Origin: an uncultured Gemmatimonadales bacterium
GTDB taxonomy: Bacteria > Gemmatimonadota > Gemmatimonadetes > Gemmatimonadales > GWC2-71-9
Reading direction: 5' to 3'
Assembly (NCBI GenBank): GCA_963742755.1
Contig: CAVUMU010000002.1
Location: 21,430-85,429, forward strand
Length of the DNA: 64,000 nt
The notes beneath the pieces are model-generated. The model was not told the origin of the DNA. It did not search any database and saw only the letters and a program-made list of their open reading frames with translations. The translations under genes and the position numbers were made by a program. Below are positions 18,372 through 27,883 of this stretch, piece by piece. How positions within the stretch are numbered: the first letter of the stretch is position 1; each line of letters begins with the position of its first letter.

Positions 18372-18796
18372 TTGGGCATGGCCCCTTCGACCGTCTCCGC
18401 CAGATTCTCGACCGACCGGTTGGTGTTGGACTTGACCGTTTCCCAGTTGTCGGCGGTGGCATTGGCGATCCTGCTCAGGCTGCGATCCGCAGTCTTGCGT
18501 GCCGCCCGGATCCGCTCCAGCGCCCGGTCGCTCACCGCGCCACCCTTCGACTTGGCCTCAGACGCCAGTTGGGCGATCTGAGCGTCGAGCTCGGTGAGCT
18601 GGCTCCGAATCGACTGGGCGAACCCCTCACGCTCATCGAAGGAGAAATCACGGGCTTCAACCGGCGCAGTGGCGGGTGGGGTGGTGACGCTGATCGAGGT
18701 GTCGCTCACGCCGCCGGTTTCGCTGCTCTTCTTGTCGCCGCAGCCGAGCACGACTGTCAGCATGACACCGATAACGGTGATTTCGAGCTGGCGCAT
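18368..18796 (-). CDS. Hypothetical lipoprotein
   Basis: Lipobox 'VVLGCG' and a helical body. It has an ATGA overlap with the Vgb-like gene (18368-18371). Confidence 0.6.
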   Translation of the reverse strand: MRQLEITVIGVMLTVVLGCGDKKSSETGGVSDTSISVTTPPATAPVEARDFSFDEREGFAQSIRSQLTELDAQIAQLASEAKSKGGAVSDRALERIRAARKTADRSLSRIANATADNWETVKSNTNRSVENLAETVEGAMPK

Positions 18797-18903
18797 TGGA
18801 GACCTCCGAGATGGGGAAAAGAAGCTATTGACTATAGGTTATTGGCGACTGGCTCAAATGGTTACCGAGCGTGGCTACCGGGCTATGAGCCGTCCTGAGG
18901 CCC

Positions 18904-19422
18904 TCACCCGAACGTCTTCTCGTCCGCGCTGGGTCCATACACCGATGGAAGCGGCACGTCCAACAGCCTGAGGTACACCACCAGCGACCCGCGGTGGTGG
19001 TACCAGTGATTGAACATCAACGTACGAACCATCGCAATGCGGGGTGCGGCCATCAGCTCTCGTCCCCCCCGCACCAGCCGCCACATGCCCTGTGCTCGCT
19101 CCGGTGTAAGCTCGGAAAGAAACTGGCGCGCCAAGGCGAGACTTTGCTCTAATGTGGGCAGCAGCTCGCCCGCTGTGCGAGGCTCAGGCTGCATGGCCTC
19201 AGGCGCCTCGAAGACATCGGGGCCAAGGACGTGCATACCCAGGCTGGGTATGACGGCGATATGAAGCGCGAGCTGTCCTAACGAGGATGACCTGGGGTGC
19301 GGCCGCCAGGAGAGCTTGTCCTCCGGAACCCGCTGAAGCACCCGGCGGGTCGACTGCGCCTCCTGTTCCAGTTCTGCGAGCAACTGCTGGGCAGTTTCCC
19401 AGGGTGCGGTTATGAGGGTCAT
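18904..19422 (-). CDS. DinB family (DinB_2) four-helix-bundle protein
   Basis: 'LSWRPHPRSSSLGQLALHIA' and 'NHWYHHRGSLVVYLR' carry the metal-binding His pattern. Confidence 0.85.
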   Translation of the reverse strand: MTLITAPWETAQQLLAELEQEAQSTRRVLQRVPEDKLSWRPHPRSSSLGQLALHIAVIPSLGMHVLGPDVFEAPEAMQPEPRTAGELLPTLEQSLALARQFLSELTPERAQGMWRLVRGGRELMAAPRIAMVRTLMFNHWYHHRGSLVVYLRLLDVPLPSVYGPSADEKTFG

Positions 19423-19435
19423 TTGGAGCTCCAGA

Positions 19436-19477
19436 GGCTATTGGCTATTGGCTATTGGCTACAGGCTATTGGCTGTT
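19436..19477. repeat. Tandem heptamer array (GGCTATT x6, two degenerate)
   Basis: ggctatt ggctatt ggctatt ggctaca ggctatt ggctgtt. A complementary gccaatagcc sits at 19546-19555. The array is upstream of dinB and downstream of doxX. Confidence 0.85.
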
Positions 19478-19556
19478 CCCAGTTATGGCCGTCGCAGCAG
19501 ACTGATACCAGCTGATTGGGCTTTCTGCATAGTCAACATCCAGTCGCCAATAGCCT

Positions 19557-19946
19557 TCAGCCCAACAACACGTACCGTCCACCGCCCGTCGTTGCGATCA
19601 CCAGGCACATGACGACAAAAAGCAGGTCGTAGTGCCAGCCGTCACCGTGCTTGCCCCAGAAGCCGGTATGCCAAACGACGATCTTCTTGTAGATGGCGCC
19701 ACACATGATCAGGATCAGCCCGAGGGCGGCCAGTTGGGGCAATACTCCCAGAGCCACACCCAGTCCGCCCGCCAGCTCGGCGATACCGAGGAAGCGGGCG
19801 AGGGCGGGGCTCATTCCAATGCTCTTGCCCCGTTCGACTGGATCCTTGGCGTGGTTCCAGCCACTGGAGACGAACACCAATCCGACCACCAGCCGCATCA
19901 GTAGAAGGGCCAGGTCGCTGAAGCCGTAGAGCCAGTGGATGGTCAT
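19557..19946 (-). CDS. DoxX family membrane protein
   Basis: 'LLLMRLVVGLVFVSSGWNH' and 4 TM helices, about 130 aa. Confidence 0.85.
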   Translation of the reverse strand: MTIHWLYGFSDLALLLMRLVVGLVFVSSGWNHAKDPVERGKSIGMSPALARFLGIAELAGGLGVALGVLPQLAALGLILIMCGAIYKKIVVWHTGFWGKHGDGWHYDLLFVVMCLVIATTGGGRYVLLG

Positions 19947-19976
19947 CTGTTGATGTAAGCCCGGAAAAGGGCAGGG

Positions 19977-22900
19977 TCAAGGAGACGCTGGCTTCGCTTC
20001 TGCCTTGACACGCTTCCGCCGCCGTCCTGGCTGTCTCTCCATCGATACCGATACCGCTGATGCTCCGGACATGCCCAGCCGGACGCGGAGCGCGGGGCTG
20101 ATCGATTTCCGCACCAGCGCCTGGATCATCTCCGGCGTGGGCGGCTCATCCGATCCGATAGGCCTGGTCTCTCCGCCCTCGAGCGCCAGAACCGGCACGC
20201 CGTCGCGGTACAGCACACGGTTTCGGGTTACACCGGTCACCCGCGCTCCGGGCGTGATGATGCCGGTGAGATTGAGCGGGTCCGCCGCTCCCACGGCCAG
20301 GAGCGCGCCTCCGCCCTCGATCCGGCGGATCGCGCGGAGCTGCCCCAGGGCGTCAGGCAAAGCAAACTGCTCGCCCGACATTCCGGTCACGAAGCGGCCA
20401 CCCCGGATCTCGCCTCTGGCCTCCAGCCGGCGATAGACCATCAGCAGCTCGCGCCACGGCGGCGCCCCGGTCTCCCGAGCCAGGAGCCGCTTGAAGACGA
20501 TGCCGTAGCGGCGGAGCAGGGTACGAGCGAACAGCTCCACCGACCCTCCGCCCGTCCGCCCGTCCGCAGGTCCCCCCAGCAGCGCCCACCGGCCAGCAGT
20601 CTCGATCCCCACCGGTGCGGTGCGGTACCGCCGCTTGGCCCCACTCAGCGGCTTGCGTTTGCTCGACGGCGTGATCAGCGCCCTGAGACCCGCAAAGCTG
20701 TCGGAGGTGACCAGCCCCACTCCGGCCAGCTCCGCCAGACCTTGCTCCACCTGAGTGGGGAGGAGCCCGGTCCTGGTCGTCAGCTCGTGGAAGAACGAAG
20801 CCCCGCGCTGCTGGAGGGCTTCCTTCACCAAGCGCGCATAGCTCGCCAGCTCGTACTCGTCCCCGTTTCGCTCGGCCAGCCAATCGGCCACATGCTCCCG
20901 AAGGAAGAGTGCGATCGGCGTCGAGCGAATCGGCCCTGCCGCCCCGCTGCCCCCCCGGCCAGAGGGGTCCCGTCCCGCGAGTCTTCCCCATGCGACCCGT
21001 CCCGTCATGCACAGGGTATCCAGCAACGTCGGGTCGTACTCCGTTACCCGGGCCGCGAGGACGTCGCTCTCCCACGCGGCGGCGGGAAGCTCGAACCCAT
21101 CCAGCTGCGCCATTACGGTAGCGAGTCCTTCGAGCCCTGCCGCCCGTTGATTCGGCTCGACCCTTTGCCAGGCAAACAGGAATCGCATGAAGTCCGCCGC
21201 ACTTACCGGCTCGATCTCGGCGCGGAGCCGATGGAGGGTATAGCGGTGGATCCGGGCCAGCAGCCTGCGGTCGCACCACTCGAGCGTGTCCGTCTCGGGG
21301 GTGAACCCGCCCCGAAGCACGACCCCTTCGGCCTCGAGTGCTGCCAGCGCGATGTCAGCGTCGGATTCAGTCACGTTGAGCGTCGCTGCCAGCTGGGCCG
21401 CTGTGGTCGGGCCGGTGATTCCCAGCCGCCCGCGAAATAGCTCCCGGATCGCTTCTTCCCGGGGTTGGCCCGCAAGGCGTTGCGGGCCTGCGGTCTCAAT
21501 CTCCGGTACCCGCTCGCTCGCGGACCACACCACGAGGCCGTCGCCCAGATCGATCCGAACCCCGCGCCCTGCGTCCACCAGCTCCCGCCAGAAGCCCTGC
21601 CACGGCTGACCTTCCCGGCCCGACAGCCCCTCGACCTCGGTGAGGAACCCCGAGGTCAGCAGGGCGTCATGCAGCTCATCGGCGTCGCGTACATCCGGCC
21701 ACGCCTCATCCCGCACCCGCTCGATAGCGGCCAGGTCGAGCGTGCCGAGGTCGTCGGCCGAGGAGGGTTCGAAGGCCCGGCGGGTGTAGACAGCCAGGGT
21801 GCGTCGCTCCTCCGCGGGCGCATCGTCCAGAAACGCGTAGGGCCGGGCGTTCAGGATCTCGTGTGACAGCGGCGAAGGCTCGGGGAGGTCACGCGCGATG
21901 TAATTGATCTCTCCCGCGTGAATCCGCCGGAGCAGCGCTGTGAGCAGGTCGAGATCCATGAGCTCGTGCACACAGTCGTCGATTGTCTGCCGCACCAGCG
22001 GGTGATCCGGGATCTCGCGATCGCCGGGGATGTTCTCCAGGCACGCGGCCGCGTCGGGGAATGCGGCAGCGAGGAGATCCTCCGACTGCATCCGCTGGAT
22101 CTGGGGCGGAGTCTTCCGACCGCCCCGACTCCGGGCGATGGCCAGGGCGATGGTTGCGTTCCATCGCCAATGGGTTCCGAACATCGGGGCGTCAAGCAGG
22201 GCCTGGACCAGGATCTCTTCCACCGTGTCCGGATGCAGGAACTTGAAGACTGTGTCCAGCGGAAACGAGTGTTGCGGCCCCAGCGAGAGCAACAGCGCGT
22301 CTTCGGTGGCCGCGGCCTGCAACTCGAAGTTGAACTGGCGGCAGAACCGCTTCCGGAGCGCCAGGCCCCAGGCCCGATTCACCCGGCTCCCGAACGGCGA
22401 GTGGATGACGAGCTGCATGCCACCCGCCTCGTCGAAGAACCGCTCGGCGACAATGGTTTCCTGGGTCGGCAGGGTTCCGAGAAGGCGCTTGGACTCGCCG
22501 AGGTATTCGACCAGCTGCTGTGCCGCTGGCCGCTCATGGTCACCACCCAGTACCGAGGCAACCCACTCAATCGCCTTTCCCCGGTCCCCAAGCCGCTTCT
22601 CTATATCACCCCGGAGCTCTGCCACCGCGGCGGACAGCTCGTTGCTCCGCGCCGGGGCTTCGCCCAACCAGAATGGAATGCTGGGCGGCTGGCCGTGGGC
22701 ATTCTCTACCCGTACGGTCCCCTGTTGTACCCGCAGGATTCGCCAGGAGAGGTTACCGAGCTGGAAGATGTCGCCCTGGAGACTCTCAACCGCAAAGTCC
22801 TCGTTCACGGTACCGATGAACGTGTTGTCCGGCTCGAGGATTACGCGGAAATCGGCGTTGTCGGGAATGGCGCCGCCGGAAGTGATCGCCAGCATGCGCG

Positions 22901-24407
22901 CGCCGCGCCGGCCCCGAATCCTGCCGTTGACCGTGTCGTGGTGAAGCAGCGCACCCCTCCGGCCCCGGCCAGTCGAGAAGCCCTGGGTGAGCATCTGGAT
23001 CACGCTGTCGAACTCGGCCCGCTCCAGATTTCGGTAGGGGTACGCCTGCCGAACCAGCTGGAGCATCGCCTCCACCTCCCAGTCTTCCCCCGCGGATTCC
23101 GCCACGATCTGCTGGGCCAGCACGTCGAGTGGTTTGTCGCGGATGATCAGCCGGTCGAGCTCTCCCCGCCTGACCGACCGGATGAGCGCGCTGCATTCCA
23201 CCAGCTCGTCGCGGGTGAGGGGAAAGAGCCGCCCCTTGGGCGTGCCGTGCACGGTGTGCCCCGAGCGGCCCACACGCTGGAGAAAGGTGGAGATTCGCCG
23301 TGGCGTTCCCAGCTGGGTAACAAGGTCCACGTGGCCGATGTCGATGCCCAGCTCCAGCGAGGCGGTAGCCACCAGGGCCTTCAGCTTCCCGGTCTTGAGG
23401 CGTTCCTCGGCGTCCAGCCTCGTTTCCTTGGACAGACTGCCGTGGTGCGCCGTGACCGCATCCTCGCCGAGCCGCTCAGCCAGGTGGCGTGAGACCCGCT
23501 CCGCCAGACGGCGAGTGTTCACGAACACCAGCGTGGTCTTGTGCGCCTCGATCAGCTCCGTCAGCCGGTCGTAGACCTCGTTCCAGACCTCGCCGGCCAT
23601 GAGGGCCTCCAGCGGCGAGCCAGGCAGCTCAAGTGCCAGGTCCAGGGTCCGGCGGTGGCCCTCGTTTATTATGGCCACGGGCGGTCGGGCGGTCGGGCGG
23701 TCAGCAGATTCCGGTGGCTGCGATCGGTTCATTCCGTCGTTCCGTCCGGCCGCCTGCCCACCCAGCCACCTTCCCACCTTCTCGATCGGCTCCATCGTCG
23801 CTGAGAGCCCGATCCGCTGCACCGGTTGCTGTGCCACATGGGCCAGGCGTTCCAGGGTCAACGCCAAATGGGCCCCGCGACGGGATTCCAGTACCGCATG
23901 GATCTCGTCGACGATGACGGTGCGGACGGTACGAAGCATCTCCCGGCTCCGCTGAGCCGTGAGCATGAGGTAGAGCGACTCGGGCGTGGTGACCAGGATG
24001 TGGGGCGGCTTCCGTAGCATAGCCGCCCGTTCATTCTGCGGGGTGTCCCCCGACCGGATGGCGGCCGTGATCCGAGGCGCTTCGAGCCCCATCGCCTCGG
24101 CCAGTGTGCGGATCTCCCTCCGAGGCTCGGCCAGATTGAGATGGATGTCGGCGCTCAGCGCCTTCAGAGGCGAGACGTAGACCACCCGGGTCTCATCGGG
24201 GAGCGGCGCTTCCAGCCCCTCCCTGAAGAGACGGTCCAGCTCCTCGAGGAAGGCGGCCAGGGTCTTTCCGGAGCCGGTAGGGGCAGCGATGAGCGTGTCC
24301 CGGCCCTGCCGAATGGATTCCCAGCCTAGGCGCTGTGGGGGGGTGGGCTCGCCGAACTTCTGCTCGAACCAGAGGGCGACAACGGGGTGAAATGCAGAGA
24401 GCGGCAT
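19977..24407 (-). CDS. lhr: Lhr-type large ATP-dependent DExH helicase
   Basis: Walker A 'AAPTGSGKT', 'VIVDEIHAV', 'HHGSLS' and 'QRVGRSGH'. A long C-terminal extension gives 1476 aa. Confidence 0.9.
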   Translation of the reverse strand: MPLSAFHPVVALWFEQKFGEPTPPQRLGWESIRQGRDTLIAAPTGSGKTLAAFLEELDRLFREGLEAPLPDETRVVYVSPLKALSADIHLNLAEPRREIRTLAEAMGLEAPRITAAIRSGDTPQNERAAMLRKPPHILVTTPESLYLMLTAQRSREMLRTVRTVIVDEIHAVLESRRGAHLALTLERLAHVAQQPVQRIGLSATMEPIEKVGRWLGGQAAGRNDGMNRSQPPESADRPTARPPVAIINEGHRRTLDLALELPGSPLEALMAGEVWNEVYDRLTELIEAHKTTLVFVNTRRLAERVSRHLAERLGEDAVTAHHGSLSKETRLDAEERLKTGKLKALVATASLELGIDIGHVDLVTQLGTPRRISTFLQRVGRSGHTVHGTPKGRLFPLTRDELVECSALIRSVRRGELDRLIIRDKPLDVLAQQIVAESAGEDWEVEAMLQLVRQAYPYRNLERAEFDSVIQMLTQGFSTGRGRRGALLHHDTVNGRIRGRRGARMLAITSGGAIPDNADFRVILEPDNTFIGTVNEDFAVESLQGDIFQLGNLSWRILRVQQGTVRVENAHGQPPSIPFWLGEAPARSNELSAAVAELRGDIEKRLGDRGKAIEWVASVLGGDHERPAAQQLVEYLGESKRLLGTLPTQETIVAERFFDEAGGMQLVIHSPFGSRVNRAWGLALRKRFCRQFNFELQAAATEDALLLSLGPQHSFPLDTVFKFLHPDTVEEILVQALLDAPMFGTHWRWNATIALAIARSRGGRKTPPQIQRMQSEDLLAAAFPDAAACLENIPGDREIPDHPLVRQTIDDCVHELMDLDLLTALLRRIHAGEINYIARDLPEPSPLSHEILNARPYAFLDDAPAEERRTLAVYTRRAFEPSSADDLGTLDLAAIERVRDEAWPDVRDADELHDALLTSGFLTEVEGLSGREGQPWQGFWRELVDAGRGVRIDLGDGLVVWSASERVPEIETAGPQRLAGQPREEAIRELFRGRLGITGPTTAAQLAATLNVTESDADIALAALEAEGVVLRGGFTPETDTLEWCDRRLLARIHRYTLHRLRAEIEPVSAADFMRFLFAWQRVEPNQRAAGLEGLATVMAQLDGFELPAAAWESDVLAARVTEYDPTLLDTLCMTGRVAWGRLAGRDPSGRGGSGAAGPIRSTPIALFLREHVADWLAERNGDEYELASYARLVKEALQQRGASFFHELTTRTGLLPTQVEQGLAELAGVGLVTSDSFAGLRALITPSSKRKPLSGAKRRYRTAPVGIETAGRWALLGGPADGRTGGGSVELFARTLLRRYGIVFKRLLARETGAPPWRELLMVYRRLEARGEIRGGRFVTGMSGEQFALPDALGQLRAIRRIEGGGALLAVGAADPLNLTGIITPGARVTGVTRNRVLYRDGVPVLALEGGETRPIGSDEPPTPEMIQALVRKSISPALRVRLGMSGASAVSVSMERQPGRRRKRVKAEAKPASP

Positions 24408-24459
24408 CGCCCAAAAATAACTGGATGCAGCCGCCTTTGGATTCCCCTACGGGATCGTT

Positions 24460-25884
24460 TCAGCCAGCCTCGGCTTCCTTGACCAGGCTCCGCAGGAGCC
24501 CAGCGAAGACCAGCTGATGGATGGCCCAGAGGGCATACCAATAGATCAGTCCCCCGAGACCTACGGGGTCAAAGAGGGCGGTCTGCCGGATCTGGCTCCC
24601 GCCGCCTTGACTGGTCACTTCGAATTGGAGCCAGGCGCGTCCGGGGAGCCGCATTTCCGCCGTCAGGCGTAAGAGGTGACCAGGTTCAATGGCTTCGACC
24701 CGCCAGAAGTCCAAAGTGTCGCCCGGAAGGAGAACTTCAGGGTCGCGCCGGCCCCGCCGCATTCCAGGTCCACCCACGAGCCAGTCGAGAGCGCCACGCA
24801 GGCGCCAGAGTCGGTTGCCGTAGTACCAACCCGATTTGCCGCCGATCCTGGCCACCGGCCGGAACGTCTGCTCGGGAGTGCGAGCCACCCAGGCCACCCG
24901 GGAATCCACCAGGCGAGATCCGAACTTGAGGCCACCCCACGTCGGTACCGGCCGATGGGCAGACAGGGCATCGCTCCACCGGGTGGCGGCGAAAGCAGAA
25001 TCTTCATTGGCGAGGGCCCGTGTCAGTGCCTGCTGGACCCCCCGCGGCCGCACCAGAAACGTCTCCAGCGCGCGGGTGTCTCGAACCACCGTCTCGTTTC
25101 GAAGGCCACCGATCAGCTCGCGCCCGACTCGGGCGTAGACCGGTGAAACCAGCGCCAGCCAAAGGCCGGAAAGTCGCGGTGTCAGCACCGGCACCGGAAT
25201 CATCAGCCGTCTCAGCCGGCGCAGCCCTGCGTATTCCCGCATGAGGTCGCCGTACGACACTTGGTCGGGTCCACCAATTTCGTAGATGGCGCTTTGCTCA
25301 GCAGGGAGATCCAGCGCTTCTCGGAGATAGGAGATGAGATCTTCGATACCGATAGGTTGGGTTCGGGTGTGGACCCACCGAGGGGTCACCATCACCGGCA
25401 GTTTCTCGACCAGGGCCCGCAAGACCTCGAATGAAAGGCTACCTGATCCGATGACGATCGAGGCTCGAAACTCGATGGTCGGCACACCCGAGTGGCGCAG
25501 TATGCGACCAACTTCCTGCCGGCTTTTCAGGTGAGGCGAGAGGTGTTCACCATCACCTAATCCACCCAGATACACGATGCGCCGAACACCGGCTTCGCGA
25601 GCTGCGGTGGCAAAGGCCTTCGCTCCACGGCGGTCGTCATCGGCATAGCTGCCGCCTGCCGCCATCGAATGGACGAGATAGTAGGCGGCGTGGACGTCAC
25701 GGAGCGCGCTCCGGAGGGAATCAGGATCCAGCACGTCGCCCTGAATGACCTCGGTACCGGCCCCAACTCTCGGCCGCAGGTGTTCCGGCCGGCGCGCCAG
25801 GCAGCGAAGTCGCTTCCCGTCTGCCTCGAGAGTGCGCAGAAGTCGGCCACCGACATAACCCGTTGCCCCGGTGAGGAGGATCAA
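24460..25884 (-). CDS. NAD(P)H-binding SDR/NmrA-like protein with a C-terminal DUF2867-like domain
   Basis: 'ILLTGATGYVGG' Rossmann motif. TTG start in a TTGA overlap with the regulator stop (25881-25884). Confidence 0.8.
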   Translation of the reverse strand: MILLTGATGYVGGRLLRTLEADGKRLRCLARRPEHLRPRVGAGTEVIQGDVLDPDSLRSALRDVHAAYYLVHSMAAGGSYADDDRRGAKAFATAAREAGVRRIVYLGGLGDGEHLSPHLKSRQEVGRILRHSGVPTIEFRASIVIGSGSLSFEVLRALVEKLPVMVTPRWVHTRTQPIGIEDLISYLREALDLPAEQSAIYEIGGPDQVSYGDLMREYAGLRRLRRLMIPVPVLTPRLSGLWLALVSPVYARVGRELIGGLRNETVVRDTRALETFLVRPRGVQQALTRALANEDSAFAATRWSDALSAHRPVPTWGGLKFGSRLVDSRVAWVARTPEQTFRPVARIGGKSGWYYGNRLWRLRGALDWLVGGPGMRRGRRDPEVLLPGDTLDFWRVEAIEPGHLLRLTAEMRLPGRAWLQFEVTSQGGGSQIRQTALFDPVGLGGLIYWYALWAIHQLVFAGLLRSLVKEAEAG

Positions 25885-26828
25885 GACGGCTCCCTGAGGC
25901 GACGGAGCGAGCTCCGGAACTCCGTCATCGAGGTCACGACCTGGGCCCCCAGGGACACGAGGAGGTCGGGGTTTTGCACAGCCGCGGAGCCGCCGAGGAT
26001 GACTGCTGTACGAGGATCCAGGCCACTGCGGAGCTGCTGGAGGTCGCCGACCAGAACAGGGTCCACCGCCGGGTAGATGATGCTCAGGGCGACCCCATTC
26101 GCGGCCACCTGGCGTGCTGAGGCGACGATCTCTTCTACGGGGAGATCCGTCCCCAGGTAGGTCACGTCCCAGCCCTGCGCCGCCGCGGCCGCTCCGGCCA
26201 GCATGGCACCCAACTCGTGCAGCTGCCGCGGCGGCGTGGCCACGACCAGCCGAGGGGCGGAATGATTGACCTCATAGACTCGGAGAAGCCATCCCAGCAC
26301 TCGACGGAAGGTTGTCGTGGCCAGGTGCTCCTGGGCTATGGTGACCGTGCCGTTGCGCCATCCTTGCCCGATCTCCTGGAGAGACGGCCCTACGACATGG
26401 TCGAGAAATCCGGGAATGCCGAGGGTCACAGCAGCCCGCTCGAGCACGGCGTGAAGCTCCGCGGCATCGAGACGGTGGGCCGCATTCAAGACTGCTGACC
26501 TGAACTCCCCAGCCTCAGAACCAGGAGTCGGTGTCTCCGTCTCGACGGGCTTTAATCCCGCTTCCTCTCGCGCGCTTTGCTCCAAATCCTCGAGCGAAGC
26601 GCCGGCGAGCCGCGCAATGCTATGCCCCCGGTCAGTGAGCCTCCGGAGAAGCCTTAATCGCTGGACGTCGTGATCGGAGTACAGCCGTTGGCCGCCCTCG
26701 CTGCGGCTGGGGGCCACCACCTGATACCGCCGTTCCCAGGCTCGGAGAATATGGGGGGTGAGTCCGGTACGGAGTGCGGTAACCCGAACCGGATGCCGAG
26801 GGGTCTCGGAACTTGACGGGGTTTCCAT
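25881..26828 (-). CDS. MerR-family regulator with a C-terminal cobalamin-binding domain (CarH/LitR-like)
   Basis: MerR HTH 'VRVTALRTGLTPHILRAWERRYQVV...RLYSDHDVQRLRLL'. B12-binding block 'VVATPPRQLHELGAMLAGAAAAAQGWDVTYLG' carries the xHxxG lower-ligand motif. Confidence 0.85.
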   Translation of the reverse strand: METPSSSETPRHPVRVTALRTGLTPHILRAWERRYQVVAPSRSEGGQRLYSDHDVQRLRLLRRLTDRGHSIARLAGASLEDLEQSAREEAGLKPVETETPTPGSEAGEFRSAVLNAAHRLDAAELHAVLERAAVTLGIPGFLDHVVGPSLQEIGQGWRNGTVTIAQEHLATTTFRRVLGWLLRVYEVNHSAPRLVVATPPRQLHELGAMLAGAAAAAQGWDVTYLGTDLPVEEIVASARQVAANGVALSIIYPAVDPVLVGDLQQLRSGLDPRTAVILGGSAAVQNPDLLVSLGAQVVTSMTEFRSSLRRLREPS

Positions 26829-26833
26829 TGATC

Positions 26834-26862
26834 ATTATACGGTTATGTCTAACTTTTGTCAA
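26834..26862 (-). promoter_or_regulatory. Consensus sigma-70-type promoter for the MerR/B12 regulator; probably a leaderless transcript
   Basis: The minus strand reads TTGACA(26862-26857)-17 nt-TATAAT(26839-26834)-gatca-ATG(26828). The spacer contains GTTAGAC. Confidence 0.65.
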
Positions 26863-26881
26863 GGAAAGTGGACTTTGGCAC

Positions 26882-26927
26882 TTGACATGTTAGACAAAGG
26901 ACATAGATTGCTCGACAAGAGTTAGAC
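26882..26927 (+). promoter_or_regulatory. Divergent promoter (TTGACA-N16-TAGATT) with two GTTAGAC repeats, upstream of the DUF378 and fasciclin genes
   Basis: TTGACA at 26882-26887, GTTAGAC at 26889-26895 and 26921-26927, TAGATT at 26904-26909. AGGAGG at 26937-26942 precedes ATG 26950. Confidence 0.6.
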
Positions 26928-26949
26928 AACAATTAAAGGAGGTCGTATC

Positions 26950-27189
26950 ATGAAGTCACTTGATGTAACCGCCGCGATCCTGCTGGTAATTGGCGGACTC
27001 AACTGGGGATTGGTGGGCGCGGCAAACTTCGACCTGGTCGCCACCATCTTCGGGGAGCTGAGCCCACTTAGCCGTCTGGTGTATGTCGTTGTCGGCTTGG
27101 CGGCCCTGTACCAGGTGTTCCAGTGGAAAGCCATTCAGCACCGGTGGTCCGTAGGTGAGCCGGTGCCAGTTCGCGCGACCGCTCGATAA
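26950..27189 (+). CDS. DUF378 family small membrane protein
   Basis: '[20 protein letters not shown]' is the hallmark of this family. 79 aa with 2 TM helices. Confidence 0.85.
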   Translation: MKSLDVTAAILLVIGGLNWGLVGAANFDLVATIFGELSPLSRLVYVVVGLAALYQVFQWKAIQHRWSVGEPVPVRATAR

Positions 27190-27223
27190 TCGACCCGAAA
27201 TGCCAACCCAAAAGAGGAATGTC

Positions 27224-27733
27224 ATGAAATCACTTCGCACTATCGCGCTCGCGGCCGCCCTGGCCGTCCCAGCTACACTGGCTGCACAGGAGGCTCAGGG
27301 CTATTCCGAGTCTCCGGCCGCCACGGCCGAGAGCGACATCATCGAGACCGCCGTTGCCGCTGGGTCCTTCAACACCCTCGCCAAGGCGATCGAGGCTGCC
27401 GGCCTCACCGAAACACTGAAGGGCAAGGGGCCCTTCACGGTCTTCGCTCCCACCGACGAAGCCTTTGCCAAGCTGCCCAAGGGCACGGTCGAGGCCCTGC
27501 TCAAGGACAAGGCCAAGCTGGCCGCCATCCTCACCTACCACGTCGTGCCGGGCAATGTGGCGTCGAGTGACGTCGCCGGCATGTCTTCGGCCAAGACGGT
27601 GAATGGTCAGCAGATTTCGATCAAGGCCAAAGGTGGCAAGGTCATGGTCGACAAGGCGACTGTCGTCCAGGCGGATATCCCCGCCAGCAACGGCGTAATT
27701 CATGTCATCGATCAGGTCCTGATGCCGAAGTAA
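27224..27733 (+). CDS. Secreted fasciclin (FAS1) domain protein
   Basis: Signal peptide '[22 protein letters not shown]'. '[15 protein letters not shown]' and '[13 protein letters not shown]' are present. The ATG at 27224 follows aagagga. Confidence 0.9.
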   Translation: MKSLRTIALAAALAVPATLAAQEAQGYSESPAATAESDIIETAVAAGSFNTLAKAIEAAGLTETLKGKGPFTVFAPTDEAFAKLPKGTVEALLKDKAKLAAILTYHVVPGNVASSDVAGMSSAKTVNGQQISIKAKGGKVMVDKATVVQADIPASNGVIHVIDQVLMPK

Positions 27734-27883
27734 TGGTTGGGCAGGCGGACGGGGTGAACGGTGCCGAAAGACCGTTCGCCCGTCCGACTGTCGTGACTCA
27801 GGTCACCTACGCGGTCTCAGCACCCTCCCATCTTGCTCCCGTCGAGCCGGATCGTCTGCAACCACAACTGACGGGAACTACCC

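Noticed and set aside
19436-19477. Whether the short tandem arrays (here and at 3117, 15323, 23679 and 53068) could be a CRISPR array or minisatellite-type mobile element.
   Set aside because: The units are 7-9 nt and directly abutting, with no spacers. There are no cas genes and no terminal inverted repeats or transposase. They are micro-repeats, not CRISPR.
21918-23492. 524-aa plus-strand ORF, and several 90-300 aa ORFs, inside the lhr region.
   Set aside because: They are antisense to a helicase with complete DExH motifs, and their translations are low-complexity. This is a GC-rich antisense-frame artefact.
23679-23702. G-quadruplex potential of the GGGCGGTC x3 array.
   Set aside because: There are only three GGG runs, and the GG tracts are interrupted. 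Nothing distinguishes it from background in a genome this GC-rich, and I cannot evaluate its stability without computation.
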